A stretch of DNA of 63,719 bases, filler included, from Candidatus Woesearchaeota archaeon (lineage in GTDB: Archaea; Nanobdellota; Nanobdellia; Woesearchaeales; J072): the NCBI GenBank assembly GCA_003695265.1. It is 4 parts of 4 records of this genome, joined end to end, with 100 filler letters (N's around TTAATTAATTAA, not from the genome) between each part and the next. Parts side by side here need not be neighbours in the genome. Positions count along the whole stretch, not along the records: positions 27,902 to 47,512 come from RFII01000092.1; 3 more parts are not named here. The stretch is one strand, 5' to 3'. The notes under the pieces are model-generated. The model was not told the DNA's origin, ran no database searches, and saw only the letters and a program-made list of their open reading frames with translations. Numbering within the stretch: position 1 is the first letter of the stretch; each line of letters opens with the position of its first letter. Both the position numbers and the translations under genes were made by a program. Shown piece by piece: positions 38,692-46,975 of this stretch.

Positions 38692-38884
38692 ACGGCTGTG
38701 GTCCAGTGGTAAGATGCGACCCTCCCAACCTTTTTCCGGAATAAAAAGAATGGAGAGAGGTCGTGACCCGGGTTCAAAACAGATTTTTGCCAAAATCTGG
38801 TAAAAAGCGTTTAAGTGAGACCTTCACTGCGTGAAGTCTCACGAACCTCAACGGTAAAATCTGGTGAAAGTCCCGGCAGCCGTA
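38692..38884 (+). tRNA. tRNA-Gly(CCC) with canonical 37/38 intron (38728-38757) and T-loop 59/60 intron (38779-38870)
   Basis: Spliced ACGGCTGTGGTCCAGTGGTAAGATGCGACCCTCCCA|AGGTCGTGACCCGGGTTCAAA|TCCCGGCAGCCGTA folds as a cloverleaf. BHB helices CTCC/GGAG and TTCA/TGAA carry 3-nt bulges; TTTATATA promoter upstream. Confidence 0.9.
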
Positions 38885-39721
38885 TCAAACCAAAGTTATC
38901 TCCTCTGAATTCAAAAGAACCCTATCATCATTAACTTTTACAACTAATCTTCCATCATCCAAAATGTCAACAGCTCTTGCCGCTTGCGGTTCTCCTTCTG
39001 CTGCTGGTGGCTTGTACCTTACTTCTCTGCCTATAATGTCTGTTAATTCTTTGAACCTTGCAACAATCGGGTTTTCTGCCTCTTTTCCATAATCCCACAA
39101 TTCCAACCTTCTAACAGCATACCTTTCTGCCAGCCAAAAATATTTTTTCATCCTCGCAACAACATTTGCGAACAAGTAATCAAGGTCAGCTTCTCTTCCT
39201 GTTTCTTGAACAATGCTTGTAGCAGTATCAAGGATTCCTTCCATATTATTATTAACGTTTATTCCAACACCGACAAGGCTTGCGCCTAATAATTCGCTTT
39301 CCAAAACCTCTTCCACAAGAATTCCAGCAATTTTTTTCTCATTAACATAAACATCATTAGGCCACCTTGCTTTTGCCGGAACATACTTTTGCAGTGCTTC
39401 GCAAACAGAAACGCAAGCGGCCATTCCATAAAATTCGTTTAAGTCATGCCTTATTAGCGTGAACCATAAGCCGCCTTTCGGAGCATGCCATTCTCTTCCA
39501 AACCTGCCGTGCGCGTCTTTAACTTCATCTGCTAGCACAATCATGCCGTCTGATCTTTTTGAGCCAATGAGTCCTCTTGCGAATTCCTGCGTGCTTTTCA
39601 TGCTGTCATAATTGTAAATTGTACAGCCTAAAATTCTCGAGCCGTCTACTGTTCCTAAATCCTTGTACGCATCATCAATCATTCTGGCGAGCCTTTGTTC
39701 TCTTTCTATGTTCTCTTCCAT
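38885..39721 (-). CDS. birA: Biotin-protein ligase (no obvious N-terminal HTH)
   Basis: ST, GRFGREW.AP.GGLW, RWPNDV...KKIAGIL.E, VGVGINV. Track start 39778. Confidence 0.92.
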   Translation of the reverse strand: MEENIEREQRLARMIDDAYKDLGTVDGSRILGCTIYNYDSMKSTQEFARGLIGSKRSDGMIVLADEVKDAHGRFGREWHAPKGGLWFTLIRHDLNEFYGMAACVSVCEALQKYVPAKARWPNDVYVNEKKIAGILVEEVLESELLGASLVGVGINVNNNMEGILDTATSIVQETGREADLDYLFANVVARMKKYFWLAERYAVRRLELWDYGKEAENPIVARFKELTDIIGREVRYKPPAAEGEPQAARAVDILDDGRLVVKVNDDRVLLNSEEITLV

Positions 39722-40365
39722 TTTTGCCTTACAATCTCCTCCATTCTTTTCACTTCTTCCAGTTGCTCTTCTGGGCATATTCCTAGCAGAGGGCTTCCCT
39801 TTGCAACGCGCTGGCCGTTCGCAAAATAAACAGCATACAATATCCCATCCTTCCCGTTGTACCTTACAGGAACATCTCTTTTCATATAAGCCATGATGAC
39901 AGGCTTTATGCCAGGTCGAATAAGACTTCCTTGCTTTGCATTAAGAATATAAGTTGCGTCTTCAGGCGCTTCTAAAACTACAAGGACTTTCCTCAGTATC
40001 TCCTCTATTACTTCGTCGCTTGTCAAAGGATGCTGAATTGTCATCACATGAGTGAAAGCCTCTGCGTGTTTTCCTTCAAGAGCAGACTCTAAGTTACTCA
40101 CAGTACCATTTGTCGGAGAATAAATAATCTCTTTCGAGCCCTGCCTTTCAATCTCAAACAACGGCGTTCCAGGAATCTCTTTCCAATTTCCTCTCGGCCC
40201 AACAACAGAGTCACCTTCTTTCACAGTAGTTGCTCTTTCTTTTAATCTCTTGTTTGAGTAGGAAAACCTGACAATCCCACTATAAGGAGTTACAATTTCA
40301 ACATTCCTGTTAGGGTCAGATAAAATCCTTTCAAGCTCAGCATTTACGTCTACCATTTTAAGCAC
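39706..40365 (-). CDS. accB: Atypical biotin carboxyl carrier protein (two lipoyl/biotinyl-like halves)
   Basis: AYMKRDVPV resembles the EAMKM biotinyl-lysine motif; G..V.KG.PL; located between the carboxyltransferase gene and birA. Confidence 0.65.
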   Translation of the reverse strand: MLKMVDVNAELERILSDPNRNVEIVTPYSGIVRFSYSNKRLKERATTVKEGDSVVGPRGNWKEIPGTPLFEIERQGSKEIIYSPTNGTVSNLESALEGKHAEAFTHVMTIQHPLTSDEVIEEILRKVLVVLEAPEDATYILNAKQGSLIRPGIKPVIMAYMKRDVPVRYNGKDGILYAVYFANGQRVAKGSPLLGICPEEQLEEVKRMEEIVRQKWKRT

Positions 40366-40371
40366 ATAAAA

Positions 40372-42621
40372 TCACATGTAATAAAGGTTTTTTCCCTCTC
40401 CAAAAACCAAAATCCTATAAAGGTTCGGCCTTACCATGTCGCGCCGCCACAAACCTGTTATATGACCCCTCTGTTTTGCCTCTTCAACGTCATGATAATT
40501 CGGGCTGACTCTTATTCTTGTAGTGCGGTAAATAACGTCAGGCCCTGCAAAGCCGACTTTTATTGATGGCAGTGCGTAAATATTGTTTGGCATTGAGAGG
40601 AAGCTCGCGTAAGGCCCAGCGTAAGTCGTGCCTGCAAAAATGGATACTGGTAGGCCTCCTTTTTCCATGTACTCCTCTAAAACAGAGCTTACCTGCTCCA
40701 TTGCCTGCAAACCAACAGCTGATTCCTGCGTTCTTATGCCAACTGTTTTATGGCTGATGAAAAGGAAAGGCATTTTGTTTTTCATAGCTCTTTCAATTGC
40801 CAAGCATATTTTTTCGCTTCCTCCGATGCCCACAGAGCCTCCCCAAAAGTCTCCAATAAGCATTGCTCCAATAAGTTTAATTCCGTACAGCTTTGCTTCA
40901 AAAGTCAGCACAGAGCTGTTCTTTCCGCTCTTCCTTCTTGCTCTTTCAAGCCTTTCATTAACTCCTGGAAAACCAACAACGTTTGTTTCAATTATCCCAT
41001 CATTGAACTCATGGACAGAGCCTTTGTTAAACCATTTTGCAAGAAGATACTGCCATTCCATCTCGAAATGATAACCACAGTTAGGGCATATTCCAGCAAA
41101 TTCATTATAAAGGTCAGGAGCCCATACGTCCAAGCAGCCTTTTTCCTCTCTTTTTGGGCACTTCACTGACTTGTCAATTTTTGCTAATGGGCTAACATAA
41201 CTCTCATCAACAGGATACTTCTCCTCAAGCTTTTGAATCGAGCTTCTTATGTCCTCGCGCATCCCAAACCTTCTCGGAACACTAATTATTGTGCTACTTA
41301 AGTAAGGGTCGCCTGCTCTTGCGCTAATCGCGTCACCTATATCCCCTGCAGCTATAATAATCCTTCTTGTCGGCTTGAACACGCCCTTCCTCACAGCGTT
41401 TTTCAGCCTCATAATCCTATCTGTTCTTCTCTGCCTTGTCAAATCCGATTCTGAGCGTCTGTCTAAGTAAAATCCCTTGCTTAGCCTTCTTTCTTTATCC
41501 CTCCTGTCCCTAACAACCTTTTCTAACTCCTTTCTTGAAAGCTCCCAAGGCACGTAAACATAAAATTTTCCGTCTGTCTCTTCAAATGATCCTTGCTTTC
41601 TTAAATAATTGCGCAGTTTTCTTTCTGATCTTGCTCGCAAGACTATTTCATCAGTTGCTTTTATCACGTCGTACCTTGCTCTCCTGAAAAATTCTATATC
41701 ACCAGACCTTGCTCCTAAAGGAGGTTCCTCAATTATACCATCAATAATACCAAATCTCAAGCAGTCTCTTGCTGTTATCCTTAAATTCGCGGCGCATTGC
41801 TCGATAAGCTCTTTTATTTTGTCATCAGTCCTCTCTTCAGGAGGAAGCTGGAGGGCTTCTATGGCAGCAGCCCCTTCAGGCGAAATAGCGCTGTACCACG
41901 CGTGGGAAGTCATGAGGCGAATATTTCCAACGCCAGCTGCCTCGAAGCCGCCTGAGCCGCCCTGGCCGTAATTAACAACAACAATAGGAATTCTTGCTGA
42001 GGTTGCTACGCGTATGGCTCTGCTGATTGACTGGGCTGCTCCTGGATACTCTTCTAAAGCTTTTGTTCCCGGCGTGGAAGCCCATAAATGAACTGGTGTT
42101 TGCTCCCTTTCAGCCCTGCGTATAAAGTGAGCTATTTTCTGGTTTCCGAATTGGTTTGCAGCGCCTCCACTCCTCTCATCCTGGCCGTGGCCTGACTCGT
42201 GGCCTATGACCATAACCCTATCACCCAATAGGCTTCTTCCTTTTCTTCTCTGAATTATTGCCCTGGCAACAACGACTGCTGGGTCAGGGTCTTTTAAGTC
42301 TTCTCCGCTTATCACTTCGAAACTATCATAACAAAAAGTTAAAATGTCATGTAAACTTATTCTGTCAGGATGCCTGCTTATTCTAACAATTTCCATTGGT
42401 GTTCTCGGCTCTTCACTCATAATCTTTTCTGCTTCTGACACTTTGCTTTCAAGGTTGCCAAGCTGCGAATCAAGGTCAGCGCCTCTGAGGCTTTCCCATC
42501 CTGACTCTAACGAGAAAAAAGCGCCTTTTAAGTTTTCAAGATAAGCCGGCAGGTCATCTCCTTTGATGTCACACAAGTAATTAAACCTTCTGCGCAGCTC
42601 ATCAAATTTTTCTGCTCTCAT
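40372..42621 (-). CDS. accA: Acetyl-CoA carboxylase carboxyltransferase, fused alpha (AccA) + beta (AccD)
   Basis: N-half V...RHP.R, TPG, GGSGG, YSAISPEG.A.I (AccA). C-half zinc ribbon CP..C..CPNC, GGSVG, GIRTQE, GFAGP.VI (AccD). Track start 42666. Confidence 0.88.
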   Translation of the reverse strand: MRAEKFDELRRRFNYLCDIKGDDLPAYLENLKGAFFSLESGWESLRGADLDSQLGNLESKVSEAEKIMSEEPRTPMEIVRISRHPDRISLHDILTFCYDSFEVISGEDLKDPDPAVVVARAIIQRRKGRSLLGDRVMVIGHESGHGQDERSGGAANQFGNQKIAHFIRRAEREQTPVHLWASTPGTKALEEYPGAAQSISRAIRVATSARIPIVVVNYGQGGSGGFEAAGVGNIRLMTSHAWYSAISPEGAAAIEALQLPPEERTDDKIKELIEQCAANLRITARDCLRFGIIDGIIEEPPLGARSGDIEFFRRARYDVIKATDEIVLRARSERKLRNYLRKQGSFEETDGKFYVYVPWELSRKELEKVVRDRRDKERRLSKGFYLDRRSESDLTRQRRTDRIMRLKNAVRKGVFKPTRRIIIAAGDIGDAISARAGDPYLSSTIISVPRRFGMREDIRSSIQKLEEKYPVDESYVSPLAKIDKSVKCPKREEKGCLDVWAPDLYNEFAGICPNCGYHFEMEWQYLLAKWFNKGSVHEFNDGIIETNVVGFPGVNERLERARRKSGKNSSVLTFEAKLYGIKLIGAMLIGDFWGGSVGIGGSEKICLAIERAMKNKMPFLFISHKTVGIRTQESAVGLQAMEQVSSVLEEYMEKGGLPVSIFAGTTYAGPYASFLSMPNNIYALPSIKVGFAGPDVIYRTTRIRVSPNYHDVEEAKQRGHITGLWRRDMVRPNLYRILVFGEGKNLYYM

Positions 42622-42622
42622 T

Positions 42623-44026
42623 TTAAAATTCCCATAAATTAGGAATGCGGCTTTTAAGGTAATCAAGGTTTGTGACTAAAGGCTTTGAGCCTTCACCTTC
42701 AATTACCACTTCATCTAAAAAGCGCTTGCCACGCTCCTTCGCCTGGTCTATTGAATCGCCCCAAATAACCACTAATGCTAAGGTAGGATCATAATCTGTT
42801 ATTATTTTGTACGGCCTGTCATTTGGAACGTGAGTGTAAACAGCAGCCCACTCATGCTTCGGAAAATCAAACCTTGTTATGGTTCCTGCCCATTGCTCAA
42901 AATCTTTGTCAACATCTTCTGCAAGTATCCTAAATTCAATGCTGGCCCTTCCTCCAGTACTGACATGTTTTTGCTTATATCCCAATTCTTCTCCAAGCGC
43001 TGTCCGAATCATCTCAACGATAAGGTTAGTGCCAATCCTTCCTTTCACTGATGAAATCCTGCCCGAAACGTCATTCTCAACCTGAATCCTAGTGTTTACT
43101 TCCAGCAAATATAATTCTCCTTTCTTAGTTACTAACCATTCCCAAGTGCCTGCACTGTTATATCCTAATTTGTAAGCCATTTTCATAGAATGCCTTATTG
43201 CTTCCTTCATCACTTTTTTAGGGTCAAAACCATAATCTATTCTGGTATCAAAAGCAGGGGCCAGCTCAATTCTTTTCTGCCTTTGAGGGCTTTGAATAGT
43301 GCAGTTCCTTGTCCCAAAATTAACAATGCGTCCTTTCCTATCACCTATGATTTGAACTTCAATATGATTAAAATCGCTGAACAGGTGCTCTATGAGAAGG
43401 GTGTCATCATGAAAATGATTTCTGGCATAAGACCTCGCCTCATTAAACCTTAAAGCCAGCTCATCAAGAGATCTTTCATCCACGTTCCTGAGTTCATACA
43501 ATCCGCGGCCGCCTCCTCCTGCAGACGCCTTTATTAGAATGTCTGGCCCGTGCTTTCTAACAAGCCTTTTCACTATTTCCTCTGCCTCTATTATGTCCCT
43601 GACAGGACTAGTTGATCCTGGTATTGTTGGGATTCCTAATCTCCTAGCAACTTTTTTCGTGTTTACCTTGCTTCCCAAATCCCTCACATACTCCCATGTT
43701 GGTGCTATTGGAATTATAGGTCTGCTTCTCTTCTGAAGCCTTCTTATAACTCTCCAGTTTTCAGACAGCATTCCATAACCAAAAAAAATTGCATTACACC
43801 CAGTCGCATCAGCTGCTTCTAAAATTTCGTTAGGATCATCATATTTTGAGACTCTCCAAGCCCTTTTCCTGCCAGGCATGTCTTCTTCCAATGCTGTTCT
43901 CGCGTGCAGCGACTCAGAATCCTGCTGCGTGTAAATAGCAACGTAATCTAAGCCAAGCTCTTTGCAAGCGTTTATTCCCCTGAGAGCTATTTCACCCCTA
44001 TTAGCAATAAGAACCTTGTTTTTCAT
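42623..44026 (-). CDS. accC: Biotin carboxylase
   Basis: KVLIANRGEIA, GYG.LSEN, IKASAGGGGRG, HIEVQI, RNC.IQ..RQK.IE, LEVNTRIQVE. Confidence 0.95.
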   Translation of the reverse strand: MKNKVLIANRGEIALRGINACKELGLDYVAIYTQQDSESLHARTALEEDMPGRKRAWRVSKYDDPNEILEAADATGCNAIFFGYGMLSENWRVIRRLQKRSRPIIPIAPTWEYVRDLGSKVNTKKVARRLGIPTIPGSTSPVRDIIEAEEIVKRLVRKHGPDILIKASAGGGGRGLYELRNVDERSLDELALRFNEARSYARNHFHDDTLLIEHLFSDFNHIEVQIIGDRKGRIVNFGTRNCTIQSPQRQKRIELAPAFDTRIDYGFDPKKVMKEAIRHSMKMAYKLGYNSAGTWEWLVTKKGELYLLEVNTRIQVENDVSGRISSVKGRIGTNLIVEMIRTALGEELGYKQKHVSTGGRASIEFRILAEDVDKDFEQWAGTITRFDFPKHEWAAVYTHVPNDRPYKIITDYDPTLALVVIWGDSIDQAKERGKRFLDEVVIEGEGSKPLVTNLDYLKSRIPNLWEF

Positions 44027-44034
44027 ATTACTTC

Positions 44035-44058
44035 TAAATCACTAATCTTAGTGATTTA
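44035..44058. promoter_or_regulatory. Perfect inverted repeat (candidate operator) in the acc operon promoter
   Basis: TAAATCACTAA-TC-TTAGTGATTTA lies between the minus-strand TATA-like TTTAAA and the accC start codon. Confidence 0.55.
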
Positions 44059-44112
44059 AATAATTTTTGGAGAGACACCATTCTGAAGTGAGAAAAACAA
44101 AAATCATCTGGA

Positions 44113-44604
44113 TTAAGCCGCTGCTCTTCTAATTGAATGTGGAAGAATAATGGCTATTGCATAAATTATTCCTACCATTATAGGGTTATGCATTGGAACG
44201 TTAAGCTCTAGAATAAGACCCAAATAATTTGTTATTATAGTAATAAGAACAAATATCACAGCAGCAATCACAGGTAGCATAATCATATTTAGTATGTAAT
44301 GGTGGTTTGTTAATGAGGCATCTGACAACAAACTGTCAAAAAGCACGCCAAAAACAAGCCCGGCAACAATTATTGTTATGTATAAGTTAAAATCGTCAAA
44401 AACAAGTATTAGAGGAACTAAGCTTAGTGATATTATCCCATTGCCAATGAGTATTATTGCAAGAACAAGCCAATATGCGAAGTGCTCAAAAACCCTTATT
44501 CCTTTCGATTTATTTATTTGGGCGCGTTTTAAAATAACACACACTTTCTCAATCTCCTCTCTTATCCACCCTTTTTTTTCTAGCCTTCTTACCAATTCCT
44601 TCAT
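44113..44604 (-). CDS. Hypothetical membrane protein
   Basis: Charged N-terminus (L..KGW..EEI) then four hydrophobic helices; ATGA-coupled to minD. Confidence 0.7.
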   Translation of the reverse strand: MKELVRRLEKKGWIREEIEKVCVILKRAQINKSKGIRVFEHFAYWLVLAIILIGNGIISLSLVPLILVFDDFNLYITIIVAGLVFGVLFDSLLSDASLTNHHYILNMIMLPVIAAVIFVLITIITNYLGLILELNVPMHNPIMVGIIYAIAIILPHSIRRAAA

Positions 44605-45374
44605 TTTCTTAGTTTTTCAAGAAAAACATCCAACTTTGTCTTGTTTTCAGGAAGAGGAGCCTCATATTTTTGTCCCAGGATTCTTGCTGCAAGCCTTTTT
44701 ATTGCGAGCGACGCTTTTGAGTGCGGATAAACATAAACAAAAGGCTGCTTCTGCCTGTAAGCTTTTCTGACAACATTGTCATGAGGTATTGATTCTATTA
44801 CCGGAACTTCCAGGATAGACTCAATATTTTCTTTTGACATATCATACTCATCTCCTGAAATGTTGTTAAGGACAGCGCCTGAAACTTTTATTCCTAACTC
44901 ATCAGCCAGCTGAACTGTCCTGTAAGTGCCTGTGACCGCAAGAAGCTCAGGCGTTGTTATTGCAATAACCTCGTCACTTGCTTTTATCACATTTCTCACA
45001 TCATTACCCAATCCGGATCCGCTGTCTAAAATCACGAACTCAGCAGATCCAACCAAATCGAGAACAACGTCATGTATTTTTTCAGGATTAATCCTTTTTG
45101 AATGCTCATAGGAAAGGCTTAACGGAACAATTCTGAGCTTTGAAGGATGCAAATACATTGCATCACTAATATGCTTTTTGCCCTCCATAACATCATTTAA
45201 TGTGATTGGAGGATTATGATAACCTATCAGGATTGCGACGTTCGGCACAGAGAAATTCGCATCAATGTATACTACGTCATGCTTGAACTGGCTCAGCGCT
45301 ATCGCAACATTGAATGAGACAACTGTTTTTCCAACACCTCCTTTTGCGCTAGCAAAAGTTATGAACTTTGTCAT
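44601..45374 (-). CDS. minD: MinD/ParA-family ATPase
   Basis: Deviant Walker A SAKGGVGKT, IDAN, ILDS..G, ITTPE, IPHD..V. Confidence 0.88.
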   Translation of the reverse strand: MTKFITFASAKGGVGKTVVSFNVAIALSQFKHDVVYIDANFSVPNVAILIGYHNPPITLNDVMEGKKHISDAMYLHPSKLRIVPLSLSYEHSKRINPEKIHDVVLDLVGSAEFVILDSGSGLGNDVRNVIKASDEVIAITTPELLAVTGTYRTVQLADELGIKVSGAVLNNISGDEYDMSKENIESILEVPVIESIPHDNVVRKAYRQKQPFVYVYPHSKASLAIKRLAARILGQKYEAPLPENKTKLDVFLEKLRK

Positions 45375-45859
45375 TCTTCTTCTTTCCTCACAATCATTCT
45401 TATTTCATGAAAAAATTGCTTTATCTGCTTGTAAAGATCAGTCACAGTGTCAATATTAATCTCAACTTTTTCACCTTCAACATCCAAAATCATTGCTACA
45501 TGGCGCCTGTACTCATTCACACTTTCATACTCTAACTTGTCCATTTTCCTAAACTTTAGGTAAGTGTCAATGTTCTTCTGAAGATCTGGGATTTCAGGGT
45601 AAACTTCTTTCAAAGCGTCGCACATCTTCACAGGATTGTCCGGAATTTCACTTATTTTCTTCTCTTCTTTTGCAAATTCTAGCAATGCCTTTATTGCAAG
45701 CTCGTAAAAACTGATCATCCTTTTCATCACCTGCTTGAGCATGTCAGCAGTTCTCGTGTATTTTAAGCTGACAAAAATCAGGTGATCAAGCCTTTTCAGC
45801 TCGTCATACGCCAAATCTATGGTTTCCTTAAATTCCTCGTCGTCCAAATAACTCATCAT
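45371..45859 (-). CDS. Conserved hypothetical helical protein
   Basis: A.DELKR.DH.I.VSLKYTRT.D; apparently paralogous to the upstream gene. Confidence 0.7.
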   Translation of the reverse strand: MMSYLDDEEFKETIDLAYDELKRLDHLIFVSLKYTRTADMLKQVMKRMISFYELAIKALLEFAKEEKKISEIPDNPVKMCDALKEVYPEIPDLQKNIDTYLKFRKMDKLEYESVNEYRRHVAMILDVEGEKVEINIDTVTDLYKQIKQFFHEIRMIVRKEEE

Positions 45860-46325
45860 TTTCCTCAACCAATATGTTTATTTGATGTACAAACATCTTT
45901 GCCTTTGCTACGTAACTTTTCATCTTCTCCACACTTATAGCTTTTATGCTATAATTATCAGAGCAAATCACAAACTTGTCCTTTCTTGAAAACTCCACGG
46001 GGCTTTTCTTGTGCTCAAGCACCAAGTTCTTCACTTCAAGTATAAAATCAAGGTACTCTTTCTGAATGTTGTACCTTCTCGCGCATTTGTCCCTGAAAAC
46101 CATAAATTTAGACTCAAAAGTGTCTTGGAAAGGCGGAACGCGTTTGTACATGCGATCAAGGTAAAGCAACGAAGCCATAGCGTTGGTCAAACTTAAGAAA
46201 AGGTTTTCCATCACAGAAGCTAATAATTTAGGATCCTTCACCATAGGATATGTCACTGTTAGCATATGGTCCGCGACTTGTAAATTTTTTTTGGCCTTTT
46301 GCTGCGCCAGCTGAAACTTTTCCAT
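45828..46325 (-). CDS. Conserved hypothetical helical protein
   Basis: A.K.LQ.ADHML.VTYP..KD.KLL; same architecture as the downstream gene. Confidence 0.7.
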   Translation of the reverse strand: MEKFQLAQQKAKKNLQVADHMLTVTYPMVKDPKLLASVMENLFLSLTNAMASLLYLDRMYKRVPPFQDTFESKFMVFRDKCARRYNIQKEYLDFILEVKNLVLEHKKSPVEFSRKDKFVICSDNYSIKAISVEKMKSYVAKAKMFVHQINILVEENDELFGRRGI

Positions 46326-46383
46326 AGGTAATAATAAAGGTAATCGACTATTATATATTAATGTTGTGTTCTGCCAAGCGAAT

Positions 46384-46722
46384 TTATTCCTTTAACTTCA
46401 ATATCGCTTCTGCAATGTCCCCTTTTGTCTCTTCCAAAGCTTTTCTTGCCTCTTCTTCAGAGCAGTTTACCTGCTCCATCACAGTATTAATATCATCTTC
46501 ACTTATCTCAGGCTGTGTAGAAAGTGGTTGTTCAACCGGTTCACCTATGATCTGATAAGTGCTTTGCCCCATCATGTTGACTTTCGCGACCTGTGGGTTT
46601 TTGAAAACTAGTTGATAATCATTTGTCTTTATCACAACCTCAACTGCGTCTATGTCCTGCTGCTGTATTCCCATGCGCTTCATAGCCTGCCTCATTTGCC
46701 GAGGATTCATTCCTGGTATCAT
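46384..46722 (-). CDS. nac: Nascent polypeptide-associated complex protein
   Basis: MNPRQM..AMKRMGI, NAC domain, UBA domain EDDI..VMEQ...A..ALEE..GDIAEAI. Track start 46788. Confidence 0.95.
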   Translation of the reverse strand: MIPGMNPRQMRQAMKRMGIQQQDIDAVEVVIKTNDYQLVFKNPQVAKVNMMGQSTYQIIGEPVEQPLSTQPEISEDDINTVMEQVNCSEEEARKALEETKGDIAEAILKLKE

Positions 46723-46724
46723 TT

Positions 46725-46898
46725 TCACAAACCCAACCAACCATTGCCAAAAGTGTAAAGAATGATCAAAATCAACATCACTAAACATATTAAAACAATG
46801 ATATGGCCTGGCTGAAACTCTATCTTACTCTTGTAATCATCAAAATACCTTACAAGCCCTCCTATACCAGAGGGCATAGTAACCCTGTCTCTTGCCAT
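46725..46898 (-). CDS. secG: Preprotein translocase subunit Sec61beta/SecG
   Basis: MP.G.GGLVRYFDD..SKI...P followed by one TM helix. Confidence 0.92.
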   Translation of the reverse strand: MARDRVTMPSGIGGLVRYFDDYKSKIEFQPGHIIVLICLVMLILIILYTFGNGWLGL

Positions 46899-46975
46899 AA
46901 AAGAAGAGAATAAATAAATATTTAAAAAGATTTCGGGATTCAGCGTTCTCAATAATTAGAAACCATTAAAAAACT

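Noticed and set aside
38885..44110. acc operon as an integrative element at tRNA-Gly
   Set aside because: No integrase and no duplicated tRNA 3' end (att site) found on the far side; only adjacency.
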